Origin: Stramenopiles sp. TOSAG23-2
Taxonomy: Eukaryota
Assembly (NCBI GenBank): GCA_900128395.1
Contig: LT649240.1
Span: 1-64,000, forward strand
Direction of reading: 5' to 3'
DNA: 64,000 nt
Below the pieces are notes generated by a model. That model had not been told where the DNA came from. It ran no database searches and saw nothing but the letters and a program-made list of their open reading frames with translations. Position numbers and translations under genes: made by a program. Position 1 is the stretch's first letter. Each line of letters opens with the position of its first letter. Positions 22,566-34,204 of the stretch are shown here, piece by piece.

Positions 22566-22822
22566 ACGATAAGAGAAGAAGTGAAGAGAAGAAGATGGAA
22601 TTTTTAAAAAAAAAAATTTATAATATTTTTTATATATACGAAATATTAATATAAAATCACATGTTTACATGTTCGCGACAAGAAGAGCGTGTGTGTATTT
22701 TAAAACACATTTTTTATATATTTAAAATATCATATATATAATATATAAAACATAAAACCCTCTCAAATGTTTTTTATTATAAAAGACACACACACACACA
22801 CACACGACAATTATTCTTTTTT

Positions 22823-23938
22823 TTAATGAAAAATGGTGGCAATATTATAGACAGCATCATCGTTGTTCTCATCTATACTCCCATCAACTGTAGATTGCTT
22901 TGAATTTTTATTTCCTTTTTTGTTCATTGTATTATTACTGTTTGTACCAATTTGAAAATATAAATTAAAACCAACACCAGTCACAACACCAGCTCGTTGA
23001 TATTTAGATAAATTTTCATCCCATATAAAACATAACATAATGACACCTAAAAAAAAACCAAGGAAAAAACCAACAAGAAATTCAACATGACGTCTATTTC
23101 TACTTGTTCGATTATTATTATCATCATTATTATTATTTACATCATCATTACTATCTCGTCGATTTGTTAAACCTCCACCTTCTATAATATCTCGCCTTCG
23201 TAAAATATCATTATCATCATCATCATCATGATCATCTAAAGAATTGTTTGTACCTCTAGCAATCCGTTGGTACTGTAAAAAACTTCGTACAATACGATCC
23301 ATTTCAGTATCGTTTGAATTATTATTATTATTTCGAATCCGCCTTGTTGCAACATTTAAAGCAAAATCCGATGTTGGTCCTTGTCTACTAATCCATTCCT
23401 CTTCCATACGATAATATCGCTCTGCTTCATCTTCCCTTGGTCGACGTCTTTGTGTTCTTTCATATTCCAATACCTCTTGATAAAATGTTGAACGGATTAT
23501 TTCAACATCTTCTCTTGAGAATGTGCCACCTTGTCGTAACCTATCAAATCCTCTGTAATTTTGTTCTTCCTCCTCCTCGTCATCATCATCTCCACCTTCA
23601 TTATTTTGTCTATTCCTATTATTATTATTATTATTTGTTCGTACAATATCTGATAATGCAGCATGTATACAAGTATTTTCTTTTAATTTATATGATGATA
23701 TATCTTTTGCATCATCTAATACTTTACCAGCATGAATCAACCTTATACGTTTTCCCAATGCTTGTTCTTTTAAATATTCTTTTATTATTTTTTGTTTAAA
23801 TGATAAAACTTTTGTTTTTTTAGGTATAGTTAGTTTAAACATATTTGTCAATGTTTTGACTTTAATTGATATTAAATTTGTTTGTGATTCAAGATCATAT
23901 TCTTGATCCTTATTATTATTATTATTATTCTCATTCAT
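22823..23938 (-). CDS. Dsc3-like protein (N-terminal ubiquitin-like domain, GFDRL motif, C-terminal TMs)
   Basis: RIRLIHAGKVL...IHAALS, RGFDRL...FSREDV..IRSTF, MEEEWI, FLVGFFLGFFLG. Confidence 0.75.
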   Translation of the reverse strand: MNENNNNNNKDQEYDLESQTNLISIKVKTLTNMFKLTIPKKTKVLSFKQKIIKEYLKEQALGKRIRLIHAGKVLDDAKDISSYKLKENTCIHAALSDIVRTNNNNNNRNRQNNEGGDDDDEEEEEQNYRGFDRLRQGGTFSREDVEIIRSTFYQEVLEYERTQRRRPREDEAERYYRMEEEWISRQGPTSDFALNVATRRIRNNNNNSNDTEMDRIVRSFLQYQRIARGTNNSLDDHDDDDDNDILRRRDIIEGGGLTNRRDSNDDVNNNNDDNNNRTSRNRRHVEFLVGFFLGFFLGVIMLCFIWDENLSKYQRAGVVTGVGFNLYFQIGTNSNNTMNKKGNKNSKQSTVDGSIDENNDDAVYNIATIFH

Positions 23939-24201
23939 CTTAATATGGAGGAAAAAAATAAATAAGATGAAGAAGAAGAAGATGATGATGATTGATAAAT
24001 GATATGTTATGTAAATATGTATATATATATGAATATGTAAAGTGTGTGTATTAGATATATAATTGTATTAGAATAAATAATAGAGCTCTTCTTGTGGGCT
24101 CCTATAAAAATTAATGATGTGGTCTGCTTCGGGTCATTAGACTAGACTACCAGGTATGGTATATGGTAGCTAGAATAACCCTAACAAGAACACGAAAATA
24201 A

Positions 24202-25660
24202 TTACAATGGTAATAGCATCATGCCATGTTTCACGCAAGAAATTGACACATCTTGGATACACTCTGGATTTTGACCAACTATCTGGATACACACTTGAAT
24301 ACACATCTTGGATACACATCTTTGATATATCAATACACCACCAACCGGCCGCTCCTTGTGATTATACGGCTGGACACCGAAATAATCATGATGGATGGAG
24401 CAATATTTTTCCCATGAGAAGTTATCGGCGCTTAATGCGTGGTCGACATGCTGCAAAAATGATAACATGCAACACATCACTGAACTAGGCACCACATCAG
24501 TTATTGTCCTCCATCCACATATTCCACATTTGTTCAAATTTGTGAAATACGCGAACGGGAACCATTCGGCGTCGACAACGATTGTCATGTCTCTGATAGC
24601 ACGTTCTTCAGAAAATAATTTTATTACAAATTCATCAGAGAAATGACGACAGATGTATAAATCTCTTTGTCCATGATTCTTCTCTTGATGATTCTTCTCT
24701 TGAAATACATGTCCATTGTGAAGTACAAATGTGCCGAGATTGGTTTTCAATTCAACTGGTTTAATTCTTTTAGACATTGGTAAAGATAGGAGGATCAATC
24801 GATTTTTAATACCATTCAATATTTAGCACTGCACATATGCCAGCAGAACTGGCCCTGAACGGCAGAAGCTTTCAACATTTATTGCTATTGCCTGAAATTG
24901 TGGCCCAAATACTGCATATGAATATATTGTGTTTGCACTGCTGCTGGACATTTGCCTCCACATATACCATTACTGACAGTTTGTATTTGTTTCAACACTA
25001 AATCAACAGCACTTTTATACATGCCACCTTCTTCTCAGTTAATTGTATCAAATTTAGCTATTAGTGTGGCCAATGTTTGTCTTGTGAAGAAATATGAAAT
25101 GGCTCTGTCATGTTTAAAGAAGAGTACTTCTCAAATGGAGAAAGACAGTGAGGTGAAGAAGCCAACATGCAAATACTGTGGGAGGCAGTTTAAAAATCTC
25201 CAAGGCCTAGGCAATCATAGAAAGCATTGCAAGGCAAACCCAAACAAGGAAGAATAATAATAATGATTTTGTTTCACCACCAACAAAAATAAAGAAGAAG
25301 AACAAGAAAGAAAGAAATGGAAGCAGCGGCTATACCATGAAAATGAAAAATCACACCAAGATAATATGGCAAGATCATTGGGATGAAGCTGTTCAGTATG
25401 GAAAACAGAGAGCGGAGAGGAAACTGCAATCAATTATAACTCGATTAAAACCGCTGCTGTAGCAATAGGTATCGAACCTGTTGAAGGAGGAAAATGGTGC
25501 AACAAGTGTAGAAGAACACGAAGTCTTGATGATTTTGAACCTCTCCACAGGGTCTGCACTGAATGCAGCAGTGGAAGCAACAAACAAAGTCAGCAGTCAA
25601 TGCAGCAATGCATGATGCATAGATGGAAATCGGAATTGCTAAAATGCGGAGTATAGGATT
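24202..25660. pseudogene. Degenerate coding island with zinc-finger remnants
   Basis: C2HC finger CKYCGRQFKNLQGLGNHRKHC (about 25168-25230, +), then, after stops, KWCNKCRRTRSLDDF...VCTEC (about 25492-25566, +). An unidentified 205-aa ORF lies on the minus strand. Confidence 0.4.
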
Positions 25661-25931
25661 TAGCAATGCTATTTTTATGTTTATTATATATTGATAGGAA
25701 AAACTATAGTAGTATGAATAATCAATATCACTTATAAGTACAACTTATAAACTTGGCGCAAAACAACTTGTGTTTGAAATTAAAATTAAAATATGTATAG
25801 TAATATTTGATATAGAAATACATTCATATAGACAAACACTTCTATATACACATATATACATAACACAAAGGACAAACAGAACGACCGAAACTACACAACA
25901 GCATATAACGAAAGATACAAATATATATAAC

Positions 25932-28193
25932 ATGAATGATAGTAGTGTCAATGAAATAGATGTATCTTTAGATGCAGAGGTGGAATTAGGTGGAGTTGAT
26001 GATTTAGATAAATTTCTGAAAGAACGTGAAGATGAACTTGAAAAATACAAAGCGGGAAATATTGACTATCAAGATGAAGCGGGAAATAATAAAAATAATA
26101 ATAAAGGTGATCTATCCCCACAAAGTATATCTAGTGATGATATCAATAAACGATTAACACAATTGCAATCATTGATAGATGATGGAATGGATGGTGTTGA
26201 TGATACTTTGAACACAAACAACAACAACAACGATGCTATGACAATAGGTGAAATAAAAGGAAATAAGTTAGACTTTGGCTCTCCAAAAAAACAAGCAGGT
26301 GTTGCATTGTCCTCCGCAACTTTGAAAAGTCCACCTGCAGATGACGAGCTTCAATCACGACTTCAACGATTAAACAGAATGCTAGACGATGAAACCACAG
26401 CGAAGGTGCCAATCGGTTTAAATGATGTTGAATTTATATCTGGATTTGAACTTGGGAAAGGACTTTTAGATGAAACATCGAATCCACCGGAGTGGCATTC
26501 GTTAAATGTTATGCTTCGTCAAAATGGTTTTGGTGGTTTTCCAATGTCTACGTCCGAGGAAACAGGGGAAACGATTCCAGATACGATGTCATTACGAAGA
26601 ACCGTCCGAGAGCTTTTGAATCAATGGGAACGGCGTGGGGAAGTTGTTCAAGAATTGATGTTAAATCAAGCTGGTGGTGGTAATTTAGCACAAAGTAAAC
26701 GCAACCAAGAAATTGATAAAATTATTGAACGTCATCGTGAAAAAGATGAAGCGGCGAGACGGGCATTAGGTGCATCGGAGGCACGTTTAGCAGAGGTAGA
26801 AGAAGAATTGAAACGACTGCAAAAGAAAGATCGGAAAGAAACAGCAAATTATTCCATGGAAACAATGGGATTAAAGCAACAATTGATCCAAAGCGAACAT
26901 CGTGTCAAAGCAAAAGAACAAGTGATTGGTAGGTTGCAAGATCGCTTAGAGCAAGAAGCGAAAAGGCATGAACGGGAGATGAAGCGTTCAAGGGAAATAT
27001 TTAAAAAATTTCGTGGTAGAGAAGCAAGGCCATCATCAGCGGTTGATTCAAAAACATTGGAAGTGGTCAAAATGTACGAAACGCAACGCGATGGGATGGT
27101 TCGGGAATTAGAACATTTGCGAAGGGAAGTTCGACGATTGAACGTTGAGTTGAAATCCAGAGAAAATGTTATTCAACGACAGGATTTTGCTTCAAGTTGG
27201 AAAGCAGTCCCAGAGGCAGGTGCCATTTTAGAACGGTTAGAACAAGAAAAAATGTCATTGAAATTAAAAGCAGAAGCAGTTGCAGAGCGTGAATCGTTGT
27301 TGTCGCAGAAAATTGCTAAAGCAAGTGCTCGTATAACAAAATCAGAGTTAAAAGCACAAACATTAGAGGAAGAAAATGCAAATTTACGATTGGATCTAGA
27401 AGGAAGACCAAGTGTACGAAGTTTTAAATTGTTGCAAAAGAAATGCCAACGATTAGCAGAACAATTATCTTCGAAAAAACAAGATGAAAATGATGAACGA
27501 CGTGGTAATTGGAAAAATACAGATACACGCGCTTCTATCAAACGTGATCGTGACAATGCCAAATTAAATTTGAATCGATTAGATACGGAGATGAAAGAAG
27601 TCGATGCTATTGAGATTATTAAAACTGTATGTAGAATATTATCATTGCGTGATCCATCGTTAATTGAATCATCCATTGAAAAAATCAATAAAGTAATACG
27701 TGCTGTACCACGGATGCAAGCATTTGTAACACGTGTATGCAATGTCGTTCTTCCACAAACAAGTGGTATAGTGAAAGCATTACCTGCACAAGAACGTATG
27801 CAACGTGCTTTGATAATGTTGGATCAAATGTCAGAAAATGCTGATGATGCAACTGATACTTCAATTGCATACAAAAAGCAAGCTAAAAAAGCTGTCCAAT
27901 ATAATCGTAGTAGTACTAATAGTAGTAGAACAAAAGTAGATATTAGGAATGATTTAAAAATTGAAAATGTAGTAGTAACGAAGCCAAGCTCTGTTATGGT
28001 TGATCCAAATGCAACTTCCGAGAAACCAAAAGTGTATGATGGTGATATCGAACAAACACGTGGTGGACAAGCATGGACAATTCCAGCACCTACTGATAAC
28101 ATTGGTGATGATGCACCAATTGGCGTTTCTGTGATACCACCAAGATGGAAAGATAATAAGAAAAAAAGTAGTGATGTAAATGTTAAGAAGTGA
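25932..28193 (+). CDS. Coiled-coil centrosomal protein, CEP70-like
   Basis: EWHSLNVMLRQNGF N-terminal motif, long coiled coil, IIKTVCRIL...KVIRAVPRMQAFV region. Confidence 0.6.
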   Translation: MNDSSVNEIDVSLDAEVELGGVDDLDKFLKEREDELEKYKAGNIDYQDEAGNNKNNNKGDLSPQSISSDDINKRLTQLQSLIDDGMDGVDDTLNTNNNNNDAMTIGEIKGNKLDFGSPKKQAGVALSSATLKSPPADDELQSRLQRLNRMLDDETTAKVPIGLNDVEFISGFELGKGLLDETSNPPEWHSLNVMLRQNGFGGFPMSTSEETGETIPDTMSLRRTVRELLNQWERRGEVVQELMLNQAGGGNLAQSKRNQEIDKIIERHREKDEAARRALGASEARLAEVEEELKRLQKKDRKETANYSMETMGLKQQLIQSEHRVKAKEQVIGRLQDRLEQEAKRHEREMKRSREIFKKFRGREARPSSAVDSKTLEVVKMYETQRDGMVRELEHLRREVRRLNVELKSRENVIQRQDFASSWKAVPEAGAILERLEQEKMSLKLKAEAVAERESLLSQKIAKASARITKSELKAQTLEEENANLRLDLEGRPSVRSFKLLQKKCQRLAEQLSSKKQDENDERRGNWKNTDTRASIKRDRDNAKLNLNRLDTEMKEVDAIEIIKTVCRILSLRDPSLIESSIEKINKVIRAVPRMQAFVTRVCNVVLPQTSGIVKALPAQERMQRALIMLDQMSENADDATDTSIAYKKQAKKAVQYNRSSTNSSRTKVDIRNDLKIENVVVTKPSSVMVDPNATSEKPKVYDGDIEQTRGGQAWTIPAPTDNIGDDAPIGVSVIPPRWKDNKKKSSDVNVKK

Positions 28194-28414
28194 TTTATAA
28201 TGATGTGTGTGTGTGCAGTCCAGGCTCTTATAGTTTGTCATTTTATTTTTTAATAATTTTTTATGCAACTTATATCTTTACCCTATATATATCTTTAATA
28301 AATAAAAGATACATACATACACACACACATAGTATACAGTATATATAATATATTTATACATACGAACATATTTACATATTTTTATACAAAACTATCAAAT
28401 ACATTTTAAGACAA

Positions 28415-28532
28415 ATGATAACCAAACCAACCAAAATAAAAAAACTATTGATACTAATAGCAGTATGCATCATAATAAAATCAACATCACAATCATTAGA
28501 AGAAGATGATATAATTAATAATAGTTTTGAAT

Positions 28533-28567
<35 letters not shown>

Positions 28568-29864
28568 TATATAGAAAAATCTAACATTGTCTGGAGAGTT
28601 CCAGTTGGTTGTGACTATTCTGGTTTCTTTGTTGAAGTTTTAAATTTTTTTATAGGTCTTGATAATATTCTAGGAAACGCCGTTGGTGATAATAATTTAC
28701 ACTTGGATATAGGAACTTGTTCAAATGAATTTCTAAAAACATTAGAAACACGTGAGGCAACAATAATACAAAAATATCAAGCTAATTATAATAACAGATA
28801 TGCAATGAAGAATAACCCAGATTGGACAAATACAATTTTGATTCATCACAAGCTACCAAATAACCCATTTTCAACATTTCAACCATCCAATCGACCAAAG
28901 ATAATAATAGCTCGTGTTATGATTGAGTCAAATATACTTCCTAGGAATGAAATTCAATATTTAAAAAACGACATTGATTATATTTGGGTACCTACTTCAT
29001 GGCATGAAAATATTTATGTAAATCATGGAATAAATAAAAATAAATTATTTGTAGTCAATGAACCAATGAGTTTTAAGCAATTTGAAACAAAAACAAATTC
29101 GGCAACCTATCGGTTTCTGTCTGTCTTCAAATATGAACATAGAAAAGGTGGTGATATATTACTTAATAGTTATTGGAATGCATTTACATTAAAGGATGAT
29201 GTTGAATTGGTTATCAGAAGTTATTGTCGTTTCTGTCTGTCTTCAAATATGAACATAGAAAAGGTGGTGATATATTACTTAATAGTTATTGGAATGCATT
29301 TACATTAAAGGATGATGTTGAATTGGTTATCAGAAGTTATTGTCCTTCATAGTTACCTGGAACAAAAAATTTAGAGAATATATTTAAATCTATTGCCAAA
29401 CAAAATTTTGGCAAATTGTTAAGTGAATTGCCTAAAGTTACATGGGTGAAAGAAGAATTAAATCGAAAAGAGATGTTTAATTTGTATAAATCTGCATCAG
29501 CATTTGTATTACCGACCAGAGGTGAAGGATGGTGCTTACCATGTGTTGAAGCGATGTCTATGGGTTTACCCATAGTTGTAACAAATTTTAGTGGGCCTAC
29601 AGAATATTTAAATGAAAAATATTCATATCCAATACACCAATACATAATAATATTAATCATGATGGAACAGCAGAACCAGATTCAAATGCATGTACCAACT
29701 TGATGCAACATTTATATAAAAATCCAGCAGAGGGAAAGGAAAAAGGAGCTTTAGCAAGTAAATTTGTTGCAAAACATTTATCACCAAATATTATCGCAAA
29801 GAAAATTTTGAAGAAATTGCATGAGTATGTTTCGTATGATGATGAAGATAAAAGTGAATTATGA
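28415..29864 (+). CDS. GT-B/GT4 glycosyltransferase with signal anchor and C-terminal KSEL; frame disrupted in this assembly
   Basis: DYIWVPTSW, FLSVFKYEHRKGGDILL, AFVLPTRGEGWCLPCVEAMSMGLP. Disrupted by a ~115-bp tandem duplication (about 29113-29343), an in-frame TAG near 29350 and an 8-bp duplication (ccaataca) near 29630. Confidence 0.75.
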
Positions 29865-30194
29865 AAATTTCTTTTACAAGTATTTATATTAATAATATTA
29901 GAAAAAATATTTTTTTAAACACACACACTTTTTAGAGTGTATGTTTATCCAAAAAAAAAATATACGAGAGTGTAATTTTTTATACGAAAAATAAATCTAC
30001 TCCTGAATGAAATTTTATATTTTTTTTATTTTACACACAGTGCCACACACACACGACACAACTACCATCTGTAGAACCAAAAATATTTCATCGCGGTTCA
30101 TTATTTACATACACACATGTCATCATAATCTCCTGGGAAAATTTACCGCTAATTCATTCATCTCCACATATAATATATACATGTTTCCTTTTTT

Positions 30195-31847
30195 TTAATA
30201 AATGTAATTTGGCGACGATGTTGAATTATTTCTAGAGGATCCATCTGGACTGTAAAAGGATTCTTGTCCTGATCTTCCGATTTGTTGATCTTCTCCAATG
30301 AAATTATTCATCATATTTGTAGAATTATGTTCATAATTATTATTTAACAATTGATCTTCCAACGAAGTATTTGGTTTATTATCATCGCCATTGCTTTGTT
30401 CTATTGCATCAAATCCTTTTCGTGACACTGTAAAAATTAAAATAAGAAAGCCAATAAAACTTGAACCAGCACAAATATATAAAAAGAATTCTGGAGTATC
30501 TAAAACATTTGTCGAATATTTAAATAAAAAACCAAATACAATTGGTAACCATAGGGTAGAAACGGCTTCAACTGCTGCAACAGCTGTTAATGCAACTCCT
30601 TGCTCTTCTTGACTGAACGATTTACTAACAGTACTGCGTGTCAATGGCATTAATAAGCCACCAAATAAATTCATACCAGCCATAGCAAAAAATGCAGTAG
30701 CATTCGCAGCAAATATGGAAAGTAAATACATCACACCACGACTCAATGCACTTAGCCGCATAATGTCTAATTCATGCATTCGTGTACACTCTGGCCCTCT
30801 TAATAATAACATGGTAAGAAACCATATACCAAATGCAAGCATGCCCGTTGATGCGGCGGAATATACACCAAATTGTTCTGGCCCCCAATTATATTTTAAT
30901 TCCGTATATTGTCCAGTCAATACAGATGAACCTAGCAATGCGATGAAATAGCACATGAAACCACCTACAACGAAAATAACTTCTTTTTGACGTTTGAATA
31001 ACGCAATAATGACAGTGAAAATATTATATTTATAAAATAATCCTAAAATAGATAAATCATCATTTACGTTGCTTTTGTTTCTATTATTGGTAGCATTGCT
31101 GCTATTGCTTGGTGTTTTTGTTCCATTTTCCATATGATTTTTCTTTCCATCTCGACTTTTTGGTATGCAATAAACATACAATACAAGAATTGCGCTAATG
31201 ACTGCTAATACACAAACAGCAACGTAATGGTGATATTCTTTTAAAACGTAGCCAATTAATACAGGGCCAATAACACCACCTAAAAATAACATCGATTCAC
31301 CACCTCCAAATATTACAGGTCGATCTTCTTTTGAAGTCAAGTCAGCAATATATGCAAATGCACATGCAAGAAATGCTGGATAGCCACCAGTCAACCCATT
31401 TAATGCATAGCCAATGATGAAAAAATATGGATTTAAATTATATGCTAAACAAAATAGAACAACCACTGCATTAATGGTCTGACCAAACGCAGCTAAACCT
31501 AAAATTAAACGTCTTCCATACCTATCGGTAAGTGCAGCAACTGTACCACTTGTTATGCAACTAGTTAATCCTAATGCAGTTACTAAAACACCGTTCCATT
31601 GCCCAGTCGCCGCAATGACAGTTTTATCAGTTGCACAATTGATATTTGGCGATGTTGAATTGTTATCATGCAAAGGATTTGGCTTTATTTGTTTATGTAG
31701 GTCATAACATACAACATCTTGTAAGGCATATCGAAAACATATACCACTAGCAAACATACATGTGGTAAATAATAATAATGCTGGAAATACTGCAAATGCT
31801 TTTGGTATCTCAAACGACAGACATTTCCATTTTGGTGTTGTCGCCAT
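30195..31847 (-). CDS. MFS transporter (SLC46/TetA-like)
   Basis: Motif A ALTDRYGRR, AYIADLT; about 12 hydrophobic segments. Confidence 0.88.
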   Translation of the reverse strand: MATTPKWKCLSFEIPKAFAVFPALLLFTTCMFASGICFRYALQDVVCYDLHKQIKPNPLHDNNSTSPNINCATDKTVIAATGQWNGVLVTALGLTSCITSGTVAALTDRYGRRLILGLAAFGQTINAVVVLFCLAYNLNPYFFIIGYALNGLTGGYPAFLACAFAYIADLTSKEDRPVIFGGGESMLFLGGVIGPVLIGYVLKEYHHYVAVCVLAVISAILVLYVYCIPKSRDGKKNHMENGTKTPSNSSNATNNRNKSNVNDDLSILGLFYKYNIFTVIIALFKRQKEVIFVVGGFMCYFIALLGSSVLTGQYTELKYNWGPEQFGVYSAASTGMLAFGIWFLTMLLLRGPECTRMHELDIMRLSALSRGVMYLLSIFAANATAFFAMAGMNLFGGLLMPLTRSTVSKSFSQEEQGVALTAVAAVEAVSTLWLPIVFGFLFKYSTNVLDTPEFFLYICAGSSFIGFLILIFTVSRKGFDAIEQSNGDDNKPNTSLEDQLLNNNYEHNSTNMMNNFIGEDQQIGRSGQESFYSPDGSSRNNSTSSPNYIY

Positions 31848-32445
31848 CTTGTCTATATATATATATTGTAATTCTTTCTATGTTATCTATTACGTATATA
31901 TACATATATATGTAATATGATCTTCCTTCTACGTAAAAACAACTTCTTCAATATATCTCTATGTATATATTTTTTAAGCTTTACATGATGAATTAGTGCA
32001 ATATTCGATTATTTGGGTGTGAAATTCAGTCGTCATCTCGGAGGTTTGTTTGAGACGGAGCGGACGAGCGGACATCAAAAACAAGTACGTTATTAGGAAC
32101 AATGATACGAAAGTATACAATTATCAATACTTAATTATTTAGATTTACTGAACATTTTGAACATATGATAATTTGATCCTTAAAAAAAATGACTCGATTA
32201 ATATAAAATAGATCCAGTCTACTCCGTATTGTACAGTATGATCGCCTATCATCTCCTCCACATCAAAACAAAAAAAATTGAAATGATGATGATCCTTTTT
32301 TCTAATTTCTTCTTTTTTATACATTACTCGTAACATTGATAAAAATAAATGAATAGCAATGCAATATTATAAGACAAAAAAGAAAGAAAAACAAATGTAA
32401 AAGATATTCAATGTACTACAATAAATTTTTTTATCCATAATAACC

Positions 32446-33504
32446 ATGGCGAAAAATACTAGCACTAAACGTTTTTCAACAACTTCCATCATAACGATAG
32501 CATTGTGTGTAGGGATTGTATTAGTCTTTTTTTATCAACACTTTAGTCAACAACAATCCCATGTTGTTAATACAATTAATAAAAGAGTTTTAAAAACCAA
32601 TAGATTGAATGTAGGAAATAATAATGATAATAATAATTTCAGAAAAGAAGATGTTGCGTCTACAAAAGCACCATCGAAAAAAAAACTTAAAAATGTAAAA
32701 AAGAAAGCAAGAAAAAAGAAACAAAAACCAAAAAGAAAAAGAAAGAAACGATCAAATAAGGCAGTTACTTTGCAATGGAATTTAACAGGAAAATTTGCGC
32801 ATGACCGACACGCGTTTACGCAAGGATTGGAAATTGAAGATAGTATTATGTATGAAACAACAGGACTTTATGGTGGTAGGTCGACGTTACGGAAGGTTGA
32901 TATGGAAACTGGGAAAGTATTGAAGCAAATTCCATTAGGAGATGATTATTTTGGCGAAGGTATGACCATATGGGGAGATAACATTATAGTTATAACGTGG
33001 AAAAAAAGAGTAGGATTTGTTTTTGATAAAAAAACTTTTGAAAAAAAAAGCGAGTTTAAATTTAAAACAAAAAATGGTCAAGGTTGGGGTCTTACCCACG
33101 ATGAAAAGCAATTAATAGTAAGCGATGGTACACAACACATTTTTTTTTGGGATCCAAAATCATTTAAAGAACATCGTCGTGTAAAAGTTACTTGGAACGG
33201 CAAGGAAGTATATAAAGTAAATGAACTTGAATATATGAAAATGGATGATGGGAAAGGGGTTATATTAGCAAATATTTGGTATAAAGATGATGTAATAGTT
33301 ATTGATCCAGAAAATGGCAAAGTTATAGCTAGATACGATATGAGAAAATTGTTAAAAAGTAAAGATCGTTATGGTGGAGAAGACTGTTTAAATGGTATTG
33401 CATTTGATAAAAGAACTGGAATTGCATATTTTACTGGAAAACTTTATCAACATGTCTATAAGCTGAAGTTAGATAATTTTGGAAAAATAAACAATGATTT
33501 ATGA
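32446..33504 (+). CDS. Glutaminyl-peptide cyclotransferase (plant/bacterial beta-propeller type), type II membrane anchor
   Basis: HDRHAFTQGL, ETTGLYG, FGEGMT, GWGLT, SDGT, NELE, ANIW, LNGIA, TGK. Confidence 0.92.
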   Translation: MAKNTSTKRFSTTSIITIALCVGIVLVFFYQHFSQQQSHVVNTINKRVLKTNRLNVGNNNDNNNFRKEDVASTKAPSKKKLKNVKKKARKKKQKPKRKRKKRSNKAVTLQWNLTGKFAHDRHAFTQGLEIEDSIMYETTGLYGGRSTLRKVDMETGKVLKQIPLGDDYFGEGMTIWGDNIIVITWKKRVGFVFDKKTFEKKSEFKFKTKNGQGWGLTHDEKQLIVSDGTQHIFFWDPKSFKEHRRVKVTWNGKEVYKVNELEYMKMDDGKGVILANIWYKDDVIVIDPENGKVIARYDMRKLLKSKDRYGGEDCLNGIAFDKRTGIAYFTGKLYQHVYKLKLDNFGKINNDL

Positions 33505-34204
33505 TTTTTTAATAAGATGTTATTTTAAAATTTAAATATATATATATATTGATACTGATATCTATACTGATACCTAGATACACTGATATCTACGATATCT
33601 ACTGATATCATTAATGATACCAAATAATACGAATCATATGCGCGTGTGTAATTTACACTGAATGTCATGCTAACTAAAATATACGTACATATAAATGCAT
33701 AATTAAACGTTACAAAAGAGTGTAGTGTGTGTGTTTTTAATAAAACGCAAAAACGTACACGTAAAAATAATATTACAAAAAGCCTTTTATGATACTCGAA
33801 GTATATTTTACAATAATTTAAATTTTTCTTTATAATATGTATGATATTGATATCTCCATTATTATAAAAATTTTCTCTTACACATAATTTATCTAAAGTT
33901 TTTTTACAGGTTCACTAGTAAAATATGTATTTTATATTGTAATATATACGGCTTCGTACTTAATATTCTATAGATAAATCCTCGTCCGAATTTGATGAAT
34001 TAGATTTTGACAATTCTTCTCGTTTAGCTCATATATATATCATATTTAAATATTATTTCATAATATATTATGATAAATTACATTATACTCGTATGTACGA
34101 AGCGTTCGTAACACATAATATATAAAATTTATACAGGTATGCAGTAATACTCTATTCAAATATATATATTTTGTATATATATAGAGTGTGGGGCATAATA
34201 GAAA

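Noticed and set aside
12862-23938. Functional cluster linking the membrane bZIP with the Dsc3-like gene
   Set aside because: They are separated by several unrelated genes; eukaryotic neighbourhood alone gives no support.
29344-29356. In-frame TAG as evidence for a variant genetic code or readthrough
   Set aside because: It is a single case beside an artefact junction, and TAG acts as a normal stop elsewhere (e.g. 6081-6083).
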